A stretch of DNA of 61,680 nt, counting the filler, from Choristocarpus tenellus KU-1152 (taxonomy: Eukaryota; Protista; Phaeophyceae), in the NCBI GenBank assembly GCA_964200185.2. It is 12 parts of 12 records of this genome, joined end to end, with 100 filler letters (N's around TTAATTAATTAA, not from the genome) between each part and the next. Parts side by side here need not be neighbours in the genome. Positions count along the whole stretch, not along the records: positions 42,614 to 55,698 come from CAXNAD020001590.1; positions 55,799 to 61,680 come from CAXNAD020009520.1; 10 more parts are not named here. One strand, given 5' to 3'. Below the pieces are notes generated by a model that ran no database searches, was not told where the DNA came from, and worked only from the letters and a program-made list of their open reading frames with translations. The translations under genes were made by a program, and so were the position numbers. Positions 50,197-61,680 of this stretch are shown piece after piece. Position 1 is the stretch's first letter; the number at the start of each line of letters is the position of its first letter.

Positions 50197-52935
50197 CCTT
50201 TTGTCATATTGGTCTTGTCATTGGGTCAGTCTCTTGGGTGTGCACTGAAGATATTCTTGCTTAGAGGTACACGCTCACTCGTGAGTATGTTTTTAGGGAG
50301 TAGAACTACTTTCACGGATTTGAACTGAGCGTGTTGAAGTGTGTCTCCATGTTTGCATACATTTCCAAAGAGAGCCATTGTGTACTCACACGGGTTTTGT
50401 TGGCAGTATCTGCTCTCTTCACGGGGTTTGTTTTGATTTTGTGTTGTTTTTTGGTTATTTGCTCCACCATGTACGTTGTGCATCCCATCACCACTGCTGC
50501 CCAAATATGTATTGTATATGAGGAATAGTATAGTATAGCTTCTCCTCTGCCTAGAATTAGATGGAACAGGCAGTGTGCATTGTCCATCTATTTCCGTGCA
50601 TGCCCCCTTTTGGGCAACTATCGTATCTATATGTGCAGAACGGCATAAAAACTACGTAGAGCTTCGATATTCTGCCTTTTAACATAAAATTCTTGTGATA
50701 ATATACTAAGTATATCTTCAGCATACTCGAAAGAGAAAATATGGCGCATCCTCGTGTTCAGATCAAAAATCCTCTACGCCATCAAAATGATTCACCTCCA
50801 GCACACTCATTGGCTACCTTGATCTCATCCTTCCATACCTTAAGGTACTTGACATAACTATATTCCAAGCCTTGGCACAATATTGCAAAGGCATGTACTG
50901 CGGTACTCATGAGTACGGTATTCATTTTTTTTCTGTGCCGTGATATACCGTAGGAGCTTGGTCACGGTAATCGCTACTTTACCGTAGCTTGGGAATGCCA
51001 GAATCAAGTACCGTTGCCGAAAAGTTAAATAGTAATACATTATTATATTTGTGCCCACTCAGATTTTCCAGATTGTCACGGAAGGGATGATACGTAGACC
51101 AGAAAACAAACTTGGAACCTATTACTGGAGTAGCTTATGGATATTTTTTTCCAAACATTCTTAACGAAAGTACATAATATTCATAGAAGTTGGAGACAAC
51201 ATGTCAGTTGGCAAGGAGGGGTCTCACATGTTCTTGGGAATCTTCCCTACTAGCGTCTCAACCACCTTTGTACGGCTAAACTAGACACATAGCAGTGTGA
51301 ACATAGTTTCGTAGGGAACAATCCCTCGAGTAACTTTAGCATATACTCCAGAGTATTTCGAAGAGCTTTTTTTATATTGTAGATTGGAAATGACAACTAT
51401 GTGGCCCCTGAAGTTCTCGAGTAGTTTTAGTTTTCTAGTTTATTTTGGTCTTTGTCTTGTCCCTCCCCTTACACCTCCACAATATATCAGTAGGCACATT
51501 ATGATGTACTACATTCTCCTTAATATCTGAAATAACTCTATCAACAGGAATTGCAACTGTGCTGTATCATGGGAAATGCTAGAAATACTGTTGAAAATCA
51601 AGGGGAAAAACTGCACCATACCATACAGAAACAGGACACATTGTACAAATACCGTATCATACTCCTCAAATCTGTTATTGAATGGATAGATGTATTGCAC
51701 ATCTATTTTTTTATCAAAGCATAGATGAATGAACTATATATATGGAGATATGTGTCATGCAGTTAAGTTCTGTGTGATGGAAGGTGATGAAAACCACTAC
51801 CAGAGATGAGATTTAGGTAAGAAGTGAGAGACGGGGCCGAGGCATGCTGGGCATGCGCTGAGAGTATCAGAAGTAGCAACTTGGCCATTCCTCACTTTCA
51901 CTGGTTGCAACAAGTCCAAATACAAAACGCAATCCACGGGTTGCTGGTTTGAATGCACCGTTCGTGTCAAGGGTACCGTGATCTGGTCATGCATCTGACC
52001 CACACCATATCGCCTTGGCTGACCTGAACAGGAAAAGGGGGCGTGCATGATGAACATCACTGCGCACGGTGTCTAATATCAATCTGTCCGAGGTCCCTAA
52101 TGAGACCTGTTCCTGACATTACCCACCCCCTGGTGAGGATACTGTCCAACATAAACTCATGATTGGCTTGGCCAGCACTCCATGTTGGAGGGAAGAAATC
52201 TCCTGGTTGTTGAAACAACTCAGTGAAACAGGCGGAGTACTAGTGGTAATCATCCCTAGTGGTCACAATCTAGCCCACAGAGTGAACTCAACACCTGTAT
52301 TAACGGTGGAAAGCGCAGTGAGAAAGATGACATGGACATGCCTGTCTCCTACATACCCCCAGGGATCTGAGTGGATGAAGCTCAGTGTCACCACAGCTTT
52401 AGCATCATCGACCCATCCGCTGGGATTGTCGTAGGGATAGTGTCAAGAGTGATTGGAAAAATCATCAATCTCTTACTGTCACCTGGTCGAACATACTGCC
52501 AACCACAATGGTTTCGACATCAGAGGATAATTTTTTGTACTAAAAAATATGTAGATATTTGAAAAATGTGAATGGTATACTTGCTTTTTCACAGGAAAGA
52601 TCACCAACCTGTGTATAGTTCTCTATATCAGGAACTATGTTTCCACCCCATGAGCCTGGGTCACTGTATAGATTGGCTCAAAAATACCACCTGGACTGTG
52701 CCATGGTATGGTCTTCAAAAGAAATTGTCGGGGTCTCTTCTACCATATTGGAATTGGAAAAGAAATATCTTCACTTGGATGGCAACTCATCGAGCCAGCA
52801 ACCCACCAGTACAGGGGAGATCATCGCATGTACTGGTCCAAGGAGGTTTGATAAACATTTGGAGGAGGTGGAGTCGCTTGTTGGTGGAAGTAGGGTTGGC
52901 AGAAGATGAAGTTCTTCAACTGTATTTTAGGGTAG

Positions 52936-53113
52936 GGTCAAAGTATCTGTTGGGTGGGAGGTTGTCTACACCAGGGTGTCCATTCGGACCCTGACCAGGA
53001 GAAGTGCACTTACATTATCCATCCGACACATGCAACCAAATCACCCAAAAATCGCGACATGGAAAAATGGGCCCCAAATGGACAGTCGTCACCCCCCCCA
53101 TATACTTTGAGCC
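52936..53113 (-). mobile_element. MITE family A, full-length (178 bp), TSD GTAG
   Basis: GTAG|ggtcaaagtatctg ... catatactttgagcc|GTAG; body is homologous to 15483-15701 in reverse orientation. Confidence 0.85.
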
Positions 53114-55838
53114 GTAGGGGCTCCTCTTCTATGGCTAGACGCTTGGTCAGTGACTTTTGCATTAGGGATGTCCAACTTGTTCTCTTCCCTGTAGGCTACG
53201 ACCATATCTGCACATTCAAGTACTTCAGCAGGTTTACACCACACATCACTAGTCGGTGAATGCCCTTGGACGTGAACCCTTGTACATGTAATTGTGAGTG
53301 GTCTTCCTTCCCAGACCTTGCTTGTGGTCAATAGCGCAGCAGTTGGCTCTATCTTTGGTCCCTGATCAAGATCTGGTTCATAGGCAACAGCCTTCCCAAC
53401 AAAAAAGTGGCATCCACGCCAGGTTCAGTGGATACACCTTTTCTAAGGGGTTTAGTTAGGTCACACAAACTGTCTCCTCATGTCGGTCTACCAATTTGTT
53501 TCAGGTGATACACAACAGGTCCATATGTGCGCTCTCAATTCATGGGGTCCTCTCTATGGAGATAGAAATTTGAGGTTCGGTGCATCACCTGATGCATGTG
53601 GTTTGTGAAGCCACGCTTTATTCTGTGGCTTAGGAGCTCATGATTTACAATGTCAGATTAATATTTCTCAATGACACCAGACCAATTGTTTTGCCGGGCA
53701 AGTTCATATTCTAGCTGTAAATTTTCTACTACTCTCAAACTTTGTGTTCACGTACGGTTATGGGGGTGGCCTCAGGAGCCTCCGAAATAGTGTCAATTGG
53801 TAAATATTAGGCGCCTTCCAAATATGAGAAAACCGGTGTTTCATGAACAGTGCTATGTGCTAGCCGTATGATGGGCAATATAGGTGCCTACTCAGATTGG
53901 TACATTTTAGGACACATGGCCAGCATACCATGCACTGTGGAAATAGTTCTTTCGCTTTTGTAATAACAGTACACTTCCGGAGCTCTGCCAGGAGTTTGTT
54001 CTCAATTGATCGATGTCTGGGGGGACTGTTGAGGGAGAGGAAGTCAATCGCAGTAGGTGGGGATTTCTGAGTTGGAGTGTCATTCTGTTACCAATTTTTT
54101 TAGCAAACTACCGGAATAGAAACAGCAAGGATAAAGAGAGGTGTTGAGTTGTATCTGGAAGGCGTAAGCCCTCTGTGGTGAGGTTGCCGGGCGTTGCCTT
54201 CCCTTGCATTTCTACTGCTCCCTCCTGTAGTACTGATGCTGAAGGTATTGATGAGGATGCTTCTTTGGAGATGGGGAAGGTGAGAGACCCGCTTGAGACT
54301 AAGATGTATATTTCTTGCTATAATATACTTCCCCTGATACTTGTTGGTACTATTTCTATTTCAGGGTTAGGGGATGCAGTACAAAAATAATAATAACATT
54401 GCCACTGAAAGAACAAAAGCAAATGCACTCTTGTCTTTTCCCTACTCAATAATGAAAAACAATACTATAAATCCAGACTACACCAAATTATTTCGGTGAC
54501 TACGCAAGTGGCACTGTCTCGACGTGTCATGGGTTTTAAGCTGGAGTCACCAGGGAGATCGGCACGGAGGGGTCTGTTGGATTCTTGGGATGCTTCCTTA
54601 GCTTCCCCCCGGGGCACAGGAGTAGGTAGATGGGAAAATACGGAAGACAGTAGTAGTACAATATTTGATAGTGGTGAAGTAACTGATTAGTGGTTTCCAC
54701 ACTTACAATGTTTGATGTGTTCTTATATTTAGGATATTATATTCTTTAGGGTTAATAACGACATATATATAGTTTTCATTGGTTTCCCCCCTGACACATC
54801 TGCAAAATATCAGAGGACAAAATAATAAAGATATATTTGTTAGTCAAGACAGTAGTATTATTTCTAGTTTTTCATCCCACTCCTCCATATATTAGATCTT
54901 AGCTTCATCAACCATACACATGTATGTAAACCTCTCTTGTTTCTGAGGTGTTTGTTCGTTAGGTAGGTGTTGGAGTTTTACTCCACTCTCCATCCCAGCC
55001 TTCAACCATTGCCCCAACAAAAAAAACGCAAGTGTCGCGTTCACTCACATCCTCCTTCTTCCACTTTTAACAAGAAGGATGCAAGGAACTTCATCTCTCC
55101 ATCACATCTTCAAAAAATTAAAATGTATTATCTAAGGAAAGTGTGAAGTAGGTTCGTAGGTTCCCTACACATACAAGTATGTATCAAGTATCGTTACAGT
55201 ACTATATTGGTATTAGTAGTACTAATATCGGTACTACGTTACGAAAAAAGAGTAGTTCCTTAGAAGAAGAAGAAGGTACCACCTTCTAATGTCAGTAAAA
55301 AATATTTTAGGTAAAATACCGTTCTCCTTATTTCGTATACGGTCATGAGTTGGGGTTGGTTGGTTGACCACTACTGTTGTTTAGCTGAAAGTGAGAGAGA
55401 TTTCATTCCAGGAAATGGTAGGGGGATAACTGGAGCCAGGTTGGTTCGTTGTGTACCGAAAATCTGAAGTCTATACACCACGCCAAGGGTGGAGGGCTGG
55501 GGGAGTTCCCCAGTCCTGGAAGTTGGTGCTGTAACAGGATTGTTCACAGTTTGGAAAGGTGAGGGGACTTGCTGTAAACCTGATGTTGGAGGGGAAATCA
55601 TGTCGTGAATGAGATTGTGTTATGAGCCTGCTGAAACTAGTCTTCATTTTTCTGTAAGTTGGTGGAGGTGTCGATGGGTTAAGATGGGATTGCCCTTCNN
55701 NNNNNNNNNNNNNNNNNNNNNNNNNNNNNNNNNNNNNNNNNNTTAATTAATTAANNNNNNNNNNNNNNNNNNNNNNNNNNNNNNNNNNNNNNNNNNNNGG
55801 CGGGGTGGGGGGGGAGGAGAGTATTACTGAGAAGAGAG

Positions 55839-55874
<36 letters not shown>

Positions 55875-56255
55875 GTGGAAATGAATACAGAAGCCATACG
55901 TCATACTCGATGCTTGAAACTGCCAGGCAGGGAAAGACTGCGTACTCCGGTACCCCCTACTATGAATCTACAATGGTTCGTAGTGTACTGGTACAATGCA
56001 GTACTTTTGCAGAAAACGTTTTGACATGCGCCAGTACCCCCCAATGATCCAAACCCTCTTCTCGGCCTTCCACCTCGCTTGCCTCTGCCCTCCTCTCCTC
56101 ACACTGTCGAATCCTCTAATCATCCTCTAATCCATGCAATCACGATATTCGTTTCATGTTTATCGAATGCCCCTCCCCCGTGCTATCCTTACACCATGCC
56201 AATACAATCCTGCCACCCACATACCAGGCTACTCTCCTGTGCCAATGCCCCTCAC

Positions 56256-58231
56256 ATGAATGTTGTTCCGGGAGTAACGGCCACACGGACGAATCCTCCT
56301 GTAGCCAGCCCAGAGCCCAAGAGCACTCCAACTTGTGCCTGCTGTGCCACCATTGTGCTCGCACACTCAGCGGTGGGGACGTACTCCCCGGTGGCTAGCC
56401 CCCTTATCGCCTGTGTTCAGAGTTGGGGGCAAAAGAGAAGGTGGTGACTTTTTAACAAATGAGAACAAATGTGGCTGTGGGGGTGGCGGAGGAGGGCGTA
56501 TACATGGCCTTTGGTTGTAGGCATGGTGCTGTTGATTGTCATAAATGAGAGGGGAAAACATGCATGTGGTGTGCTGTTATGATAGCCTTCACAACCTTCA
56601 CAACACGATATCAAAATTCAGTTGCACACATTGCATTTTGAGTGCATTAGGTAAGCGGAATATAATACTTCAATTTGAAAAGCATGCATGAAAATGATCT
56701 CTACTAGCCCACAACGTTATTTTTGCTGAACCTAACAAAATATACGTTGCGTATCTTTAGGTGCTTTTTAATGTGTAGGCATGTTTACTTCTTAGTCCAC
56801 ATTGTAGGTGCCAGTACATGGGCTATCCCCTAGGCTCGCTTCATTTGATCTTTGGCTGTAATGGCACAACCATGGCAATCAGCCATATTCCAAAGAGCAA
56901 GGCCAGGTCAAAAGTGTCATTACCACAGGTCATGTGAAATGAACCCCTGTGCTCCATAAAGGTTCTGACATTCGTTAAGACATTTGATGTGATTGAGTAA
57001 TTCTCATCAGGCAGATGGAAAGAAGACATTGGTAGACTGTCAAATTGGAACACCATTCATTCTGCCGTGGTCACATGGCACCCCTCACCCCGGTGCAGGC
57101 ATGAAGTGCCAAAAAACCCTCCACAAAAAGCTTTTGGAGGTCGTAATTGACAGCACTCATTATAAGCATTTCTGTATAATGTACTTGCATGTTATCTCAT
57201 GCATTTTTATTATGGGTTCTTATCTGCAGCAGATGAGGTTCATTCAATACTTCAAGATCTTGATATTTGCTAACCTTGATAGCACTCTGGTTGCCTGCAT
57301 TACCCCCAGCACCCACAAGCATAGTCAAGAACAGTGTGACCACCAGGTGCTCACGTAGGAGGTCCTGAACTTGTCGAGAGTGTCCCAGACAATGAGGTGA
57401 CGAGGTAATGCGGAGGAGTTAGAATACCATGAACGTTGACGACGGAAGATAGATCCAAAAAAAGAGTAGAAAGTTATTGAAAGGAAATTGCTAACATGGA
57501 GGGAGCGGAGAAAGGGGTAAGAGAGATGCAGGGAAATGTCAGCACGGATGATATATATGCATCTACATTCCAAGTTCACTCTCGTCCAGTATTCGATACC
57601 TCGCACCTAAAGGGCTTTTTTGTTTCCTTACCCCACTTTAGCCTTCATCAGCACACACCTGGTATTGATCTAATACAAAAGAGCTCGTGGACTGTAATAC
57701 GAGGAGCCCCAGCAGCCACCTCCCTCTTACATACGCTTCTTCGAGAGGGGAGGATTTGACCTTAAGATCTGCTGCTATACTAGTGTCGGGTGCGTCAAAA
57801 CTAGCTTCCGGGCTTCGCATCCCGAGGTCCTGAACTCGTTGTCCCTCATCTCGTCGCTTCTTGGACCCGCGCCAACTTGGTCGGGAGTTCGGTGAATCTA
57901 TCCCTTCACCCTTTTCGTTCGACCGAGGGGATGTAGTCGTTCTCCAGTCATGTCTCTCTCTGACAGACATTTCTTCGGAGGGTATACTACACAAGTCGTT
58001 GTTTCCATGAAACTCTACAGACTCACGACCACTGCTAGGGAAGAACGGTCGGTCTCGACCGCCAATCACGATGTCTTCATCGGTTAAGGAGATTCCATGT
58101 TCTGTGCTATGCCAACGATTCCGGACAAGATTGGATTGACATCTATCTAAGCGTAACAAAGCGGGATTCTGTACCCAAGACGTGCTTCCATCGATACATA
58201 GAAAAACGACCACCACGGGGGTTCTCATCAT
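56256..58231 (-). CDS. MgtE/SLC41-family divalent-cation (Mg2+) transporter, probably plastid-targeted, 3' partial. Exons 58231-57659, 57364-57275, 56410-56256
   Basis: The spliced TM region RGRWLLGLLVLQSTSSFVLDQYQ|DLLREHLVVTLFLTMLVGAGGNAGNQSAIK|AIRGLATGE...VGVLLGSGLATGGFVRV carries the MgtE GGNxGxQS..IRGLA signature. N-terminus MMRTPVVVVFLCIDGSTS-WV resembles a signal peptide with W at +1. Confidence 0.85.
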
Positions 58232-58893
58232 GGATCACAAACAGGTGACATCAATCATTCCCAAGCAATTGAAAAGAGGAGGTATATAGTTGACGTCAGG
58301 GAGACTTAGTAATCAATGATCTTTGTTTAAAATGTTCGAAAAGCAGATATTTTAGAGAACCTCCAAAATCAAGGAAAAACTCAATCATAAAGGGTATACC
58401 CTATTCTGGCTTCTATAATGTGGAGATATCAAAAATATTCCCTAACCCTAGAGCATTGAGATGGACAACTTTTTTGAAAATCGACTCCGATGCTTTTATC
58501 CTGTACACCAACAAAGGTCTATCGTGAGAGATTTGTGGTTGAAAGGAGGGACGGAGAGAAGCAGTCTGGCTCCAGAAAGAAGCGCGATGTATGACTAAAG
58601 ATTTTCGAAACCAGATCTTCGATCAAATCGTGACCATGATCTAACAGGACAGGTTTGTCCATCATGAAAGAGTTCACCTAACCTTACTCATTCGAAACTG
58701 TAACCGAGGGACGCATGGGCTAACCTTCATCGTTAATGATGGAGCCTGGCCCACTCTATCCATAGGCTACATAGTGTACTGTGCTTCTCTTTATCTCAAA
58801 CCCCAAAATGAGACATATGAAGGCATCTGCAAAGCAATATATTAGGTTAGGTCTGAAAAGTATAAACCATGTCGTACCTTTGAAGTTTGGTCG
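58232..58893. promoter_or_regulatory. Probable bidirectional promoter region between the MgtE-like gene and TOP3A
   Basis: Head-to-head start codons 660-780 bp apart in one contig; no specific elements identified. Confidence 0.5.
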
Positions 58894-60293
58894 ATGTACG
58901 CCTTTGCCGACCTCTTCCGTCTGAACCTGTGGTGTAGGATATTTCATCATCACCGTTGCAGAGTGCGTAAGAACCGAGCGCAACGTTATACGGAAGACTT
59001 CCAAACGATGGTGATTAAAGCCCTCAATGTGGCTGAGAAACCTTCAGTGGCCAGGGAATTAGCCAAGATCCTAGGTGGAGGGCAAGCACGACGGCGACAG
59101 GGTCGTACGCAGGCAAGATCACCTCTCAACCGCCTCCTCGAACGTTTGCCTCAACCCTGATCATCGTCGCCCAGGAGATTTCTGCACCTCTCTGATTAGG
59201 AATTGGTCGTCTACCTCCCCTCCAGAAGTACTTTCATCTCATAAGTTGTCAAGAGACTTTAGGTACAGAATGACGACGAAGCAGATATACTTTTCGAAGT
59301 GTCACAATGATCAGTAACACACCACATCAAGACCTCCGTATCATGTTTCTCTCCAAAATAGCATCCAACCATACCTGATTCGTCGTTCCTGCGACTCCAC
59401 GCTTCATCTTGTACGCTGGCAGTACAACCAAATATTTGAGTTCGATTGCAACATGATGAACCAGTCGGTGAGCGTGAAGCTGACGAGCGTGACAGGACAT
59501 CTCATGGAAGTGGAATTCGCCGAGCCTCTTGGAAAGAGATGGAACGCCTGCCAACCTGTGGAACTCTTTACCGCGCCAATCGTCAAGTATGTTAAGGAGG
59601 TGAGAAGGGAGGAGTTCAGTCATCATAGGGGCTTTATATCATGGAACCTGGGTGTAGTGCCTGAGTTATGATGACCATTTTTTGGTGATAAGGATTGCAA
59701 GGTTTGGATGTGAGATACTACTTCTGGAGAACATCAACTTTTTTTCTGCATGTATCAAGGTTAACAATAAGACTGTGCAAGAGTGTATTGTTTTTTCTTT
59801 ATATATGCTAAACCGCTATTAATACTATTCTATGCTTCAATCACTTCAAAAAGGTGCGGAGTTTGTGATGATTTTTTTTCAGTGCTAGGGCTTTTTCTCG
59901 GTAGAGTACACTAAAGTGACAGGTTGGTGACTCTGCATGTCCGTCATCGTTTAGTTTAAGAAATTCATCTAATAACATATTATATGTGACACCTTGCAGT
60001 GTCGTGAGCATGTATGGATGCGGTTTATGTATTCATGCACATAATCTTAACTTCCAAAAACTTCTACACGCAGAGGTGTTTATTGTGAAGAGTTGGGTTG
60101 TGAGTGCAGAGTGACACAGTCTGCAAAGTCATCTAGTCCTGATCAATCAAACCTTCTGCTCTTCTCTTTTCTTTTTTTTTCACTCTCCACATGATGCGAT
60201 TCAATCAATCCGTAAGAGTTACGAATCCGTTCCCACCTCAAAAATAAATATATACTTACATTGTGTATGCATGTGTGTGTGTGTGTGTGTGTG

Positions 60294-60347
<54 letters not shown>

Positions 60348-61617
60348 GAAAGCAAGTGCTTATTGGAGCAGCACCTTGAATCTATTTTGACAACGGTGCT
60401 TGGTGGCATAATAGTCCTGTAGCGTGATTGCAAACATAGCAGCACAGGGTGCCGTGAACAGTAGCTGACTTTTTTCCTGTGGTGTTATAAAGTGATCAAG
60501 AAGTTGGAAGTAAAATGGGGGTGCCTGTTGCAAGAGGGAGAACTGGCAGCTGTCTTGACGGCAATGTATCATGTATAATATTTGGAGTGTACTAAGAACC
60601 ACGTATGAGGAGGCTGGCCTGATGTTTTGTTTGCGTAGGAACCTATTTAGAGGGCTTGTTTTATCTATGGCATCCTTTGATAAATCAGTTTGCTCTTGCT
60701 GACAAACCACTGCACTGTGCAAGCGGTGCTTCTCAGCAATCAGGGGATAGGATAGGGTTAGGTTTTGTTGGGGGTGTTCTTTCTGCTTTAACCTCACCAT
60801 GTTCACACTTCAATAGCAGCATCGATGAGGTTACCTCGAGACATCCGTGTCCTAGGCCTGCCTTTTTTGAAGGAATATGGTGGGGTATTATGTGGTATTA
60901 TGTGGTATTATGTGGCAGTAAAGAACCGTGCAGTCAGTGCTGGTGCAGCAGTAGGGGGTAGCTTTTTTGAACAGAGATCTTGTGTGAGTCTGATTCTTGG
61001 AGGGAAGAGCAAACTTTGCAACATGTCCATCGCTCTGGAGAGAGGTCACACAGGTCACAAGGTGTTTGATCGTCACACTACGGAGTGGCAAACACGCACT
61101 CACATGCAAGACATTTGACACCCATAGACATCAACACACAGGGACAGGCAGGCAGACACACAGACACACAGACACACATGTACGTATTGCTCTTCCTCTC
61201 TTGACGTGGAAAACTCTTAAGGCATTTGCAGGACACAGCTCTCTGCAATCATGCCCAATGCTTTCATCAGTGGGCTGTAGTCGGTTCATTCGCTTTTCGT
61301 GCAGTGACTGCCATCAGGGCTTTAGGCATTTGTTGTTGATGTTTTTGGATTTAGGAACACTCTTCTTCGACTCCCGGGGCCGGCCCGCTGACAACGCTGT
61401 GGATGTGCATCTCAACACACCTTGTGCTCTGACTGGAAAGTGTTTCCTCTCCTCCCCTCCGCCCCGATATCCAACTGTGCCTGCCTGCCCTTCTTCTTGT
61501 CAGGACAATCGAGACTTGGAGAAGCAGCTGGAGAACGAAGCCAGGGGGTGTCAGTGGCTGGTGCTGTGGTTGGACTGCGATCGAGAGGGCGAAAACATTG
61601 CCTACGAGGTCATCGAG
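58894..61617 (+). CDS. TOP3A: DNA topoisomerase III alpha (type IA), 5' partial, TOPRIM domain. Exons 58894/59008-59112, 59423-59599, 61504-61617; continues beyond the window
   Basis: [33 protein letters not shown] and [19 protein letters not shown] motifs; all junctions are phase 0. Confidence 0.95.
60272..60345. repeat. (TG)n-(AG)n microsatellite in TOP3A intron 2
   Basis: Seen directly. Confidence 0.95.
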
Positions 61618-61680
61618 GTGAGGACTGTCGACAGATGGAGACGGACATCCTTTTTCGCTCGAGTCTCCTTGGAGGGTTGG

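Overview
Eukaryotic, intron-rich DNA from a photosynthetic stramenopile, probably a brown alga or close relative. The basis is two proteins with signal-peptide plus F/W (ASAFAP-type) plastid presequences and abundant TTAGGG motifs. The window is not continuous: it is 12 contigs joined by identical 100-bp linkers (44N-TTAATTAATTAA-44N), so adjacency across linkers is unproven. Spliced genes reconstructed by hand: (i) an MLKL-like four-helix-bundle/brace protein with two probable microexons and a long disordered Pro-rich region (4137-6907, +); (ii) the 5' part of a plastid-targeted polynucleotide phosphorylase (26148-25148, -); (iii) a complete 7-exon, 412-aa coiled-coil protein with an FxF/NPF-rich tail (46248-48975, +); (iv) a plastid-targeted MgtE/SLC41 transporter (58231-56256, -), head-to-head with (v) topoisomerase III alpha (58894/59008-61617+, +), which has a GC-AG first intron and an upstream in-frame ATG adding a mitochondrial-type presequence. 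The rest is orphan exons, a decayed Ty1/copia element, older LTR relics, two related MITE families with 4-bp TSDs (one nested in the other), a ~1-kb fold-back, a dispersed hairpin repeat, minisatellites and microsatellites. The best candidate for an undescribed system is the MLKL-like (necroptosis/HeLo-type) membrane-executor gene. All calls come from manual reading; no database search was run.
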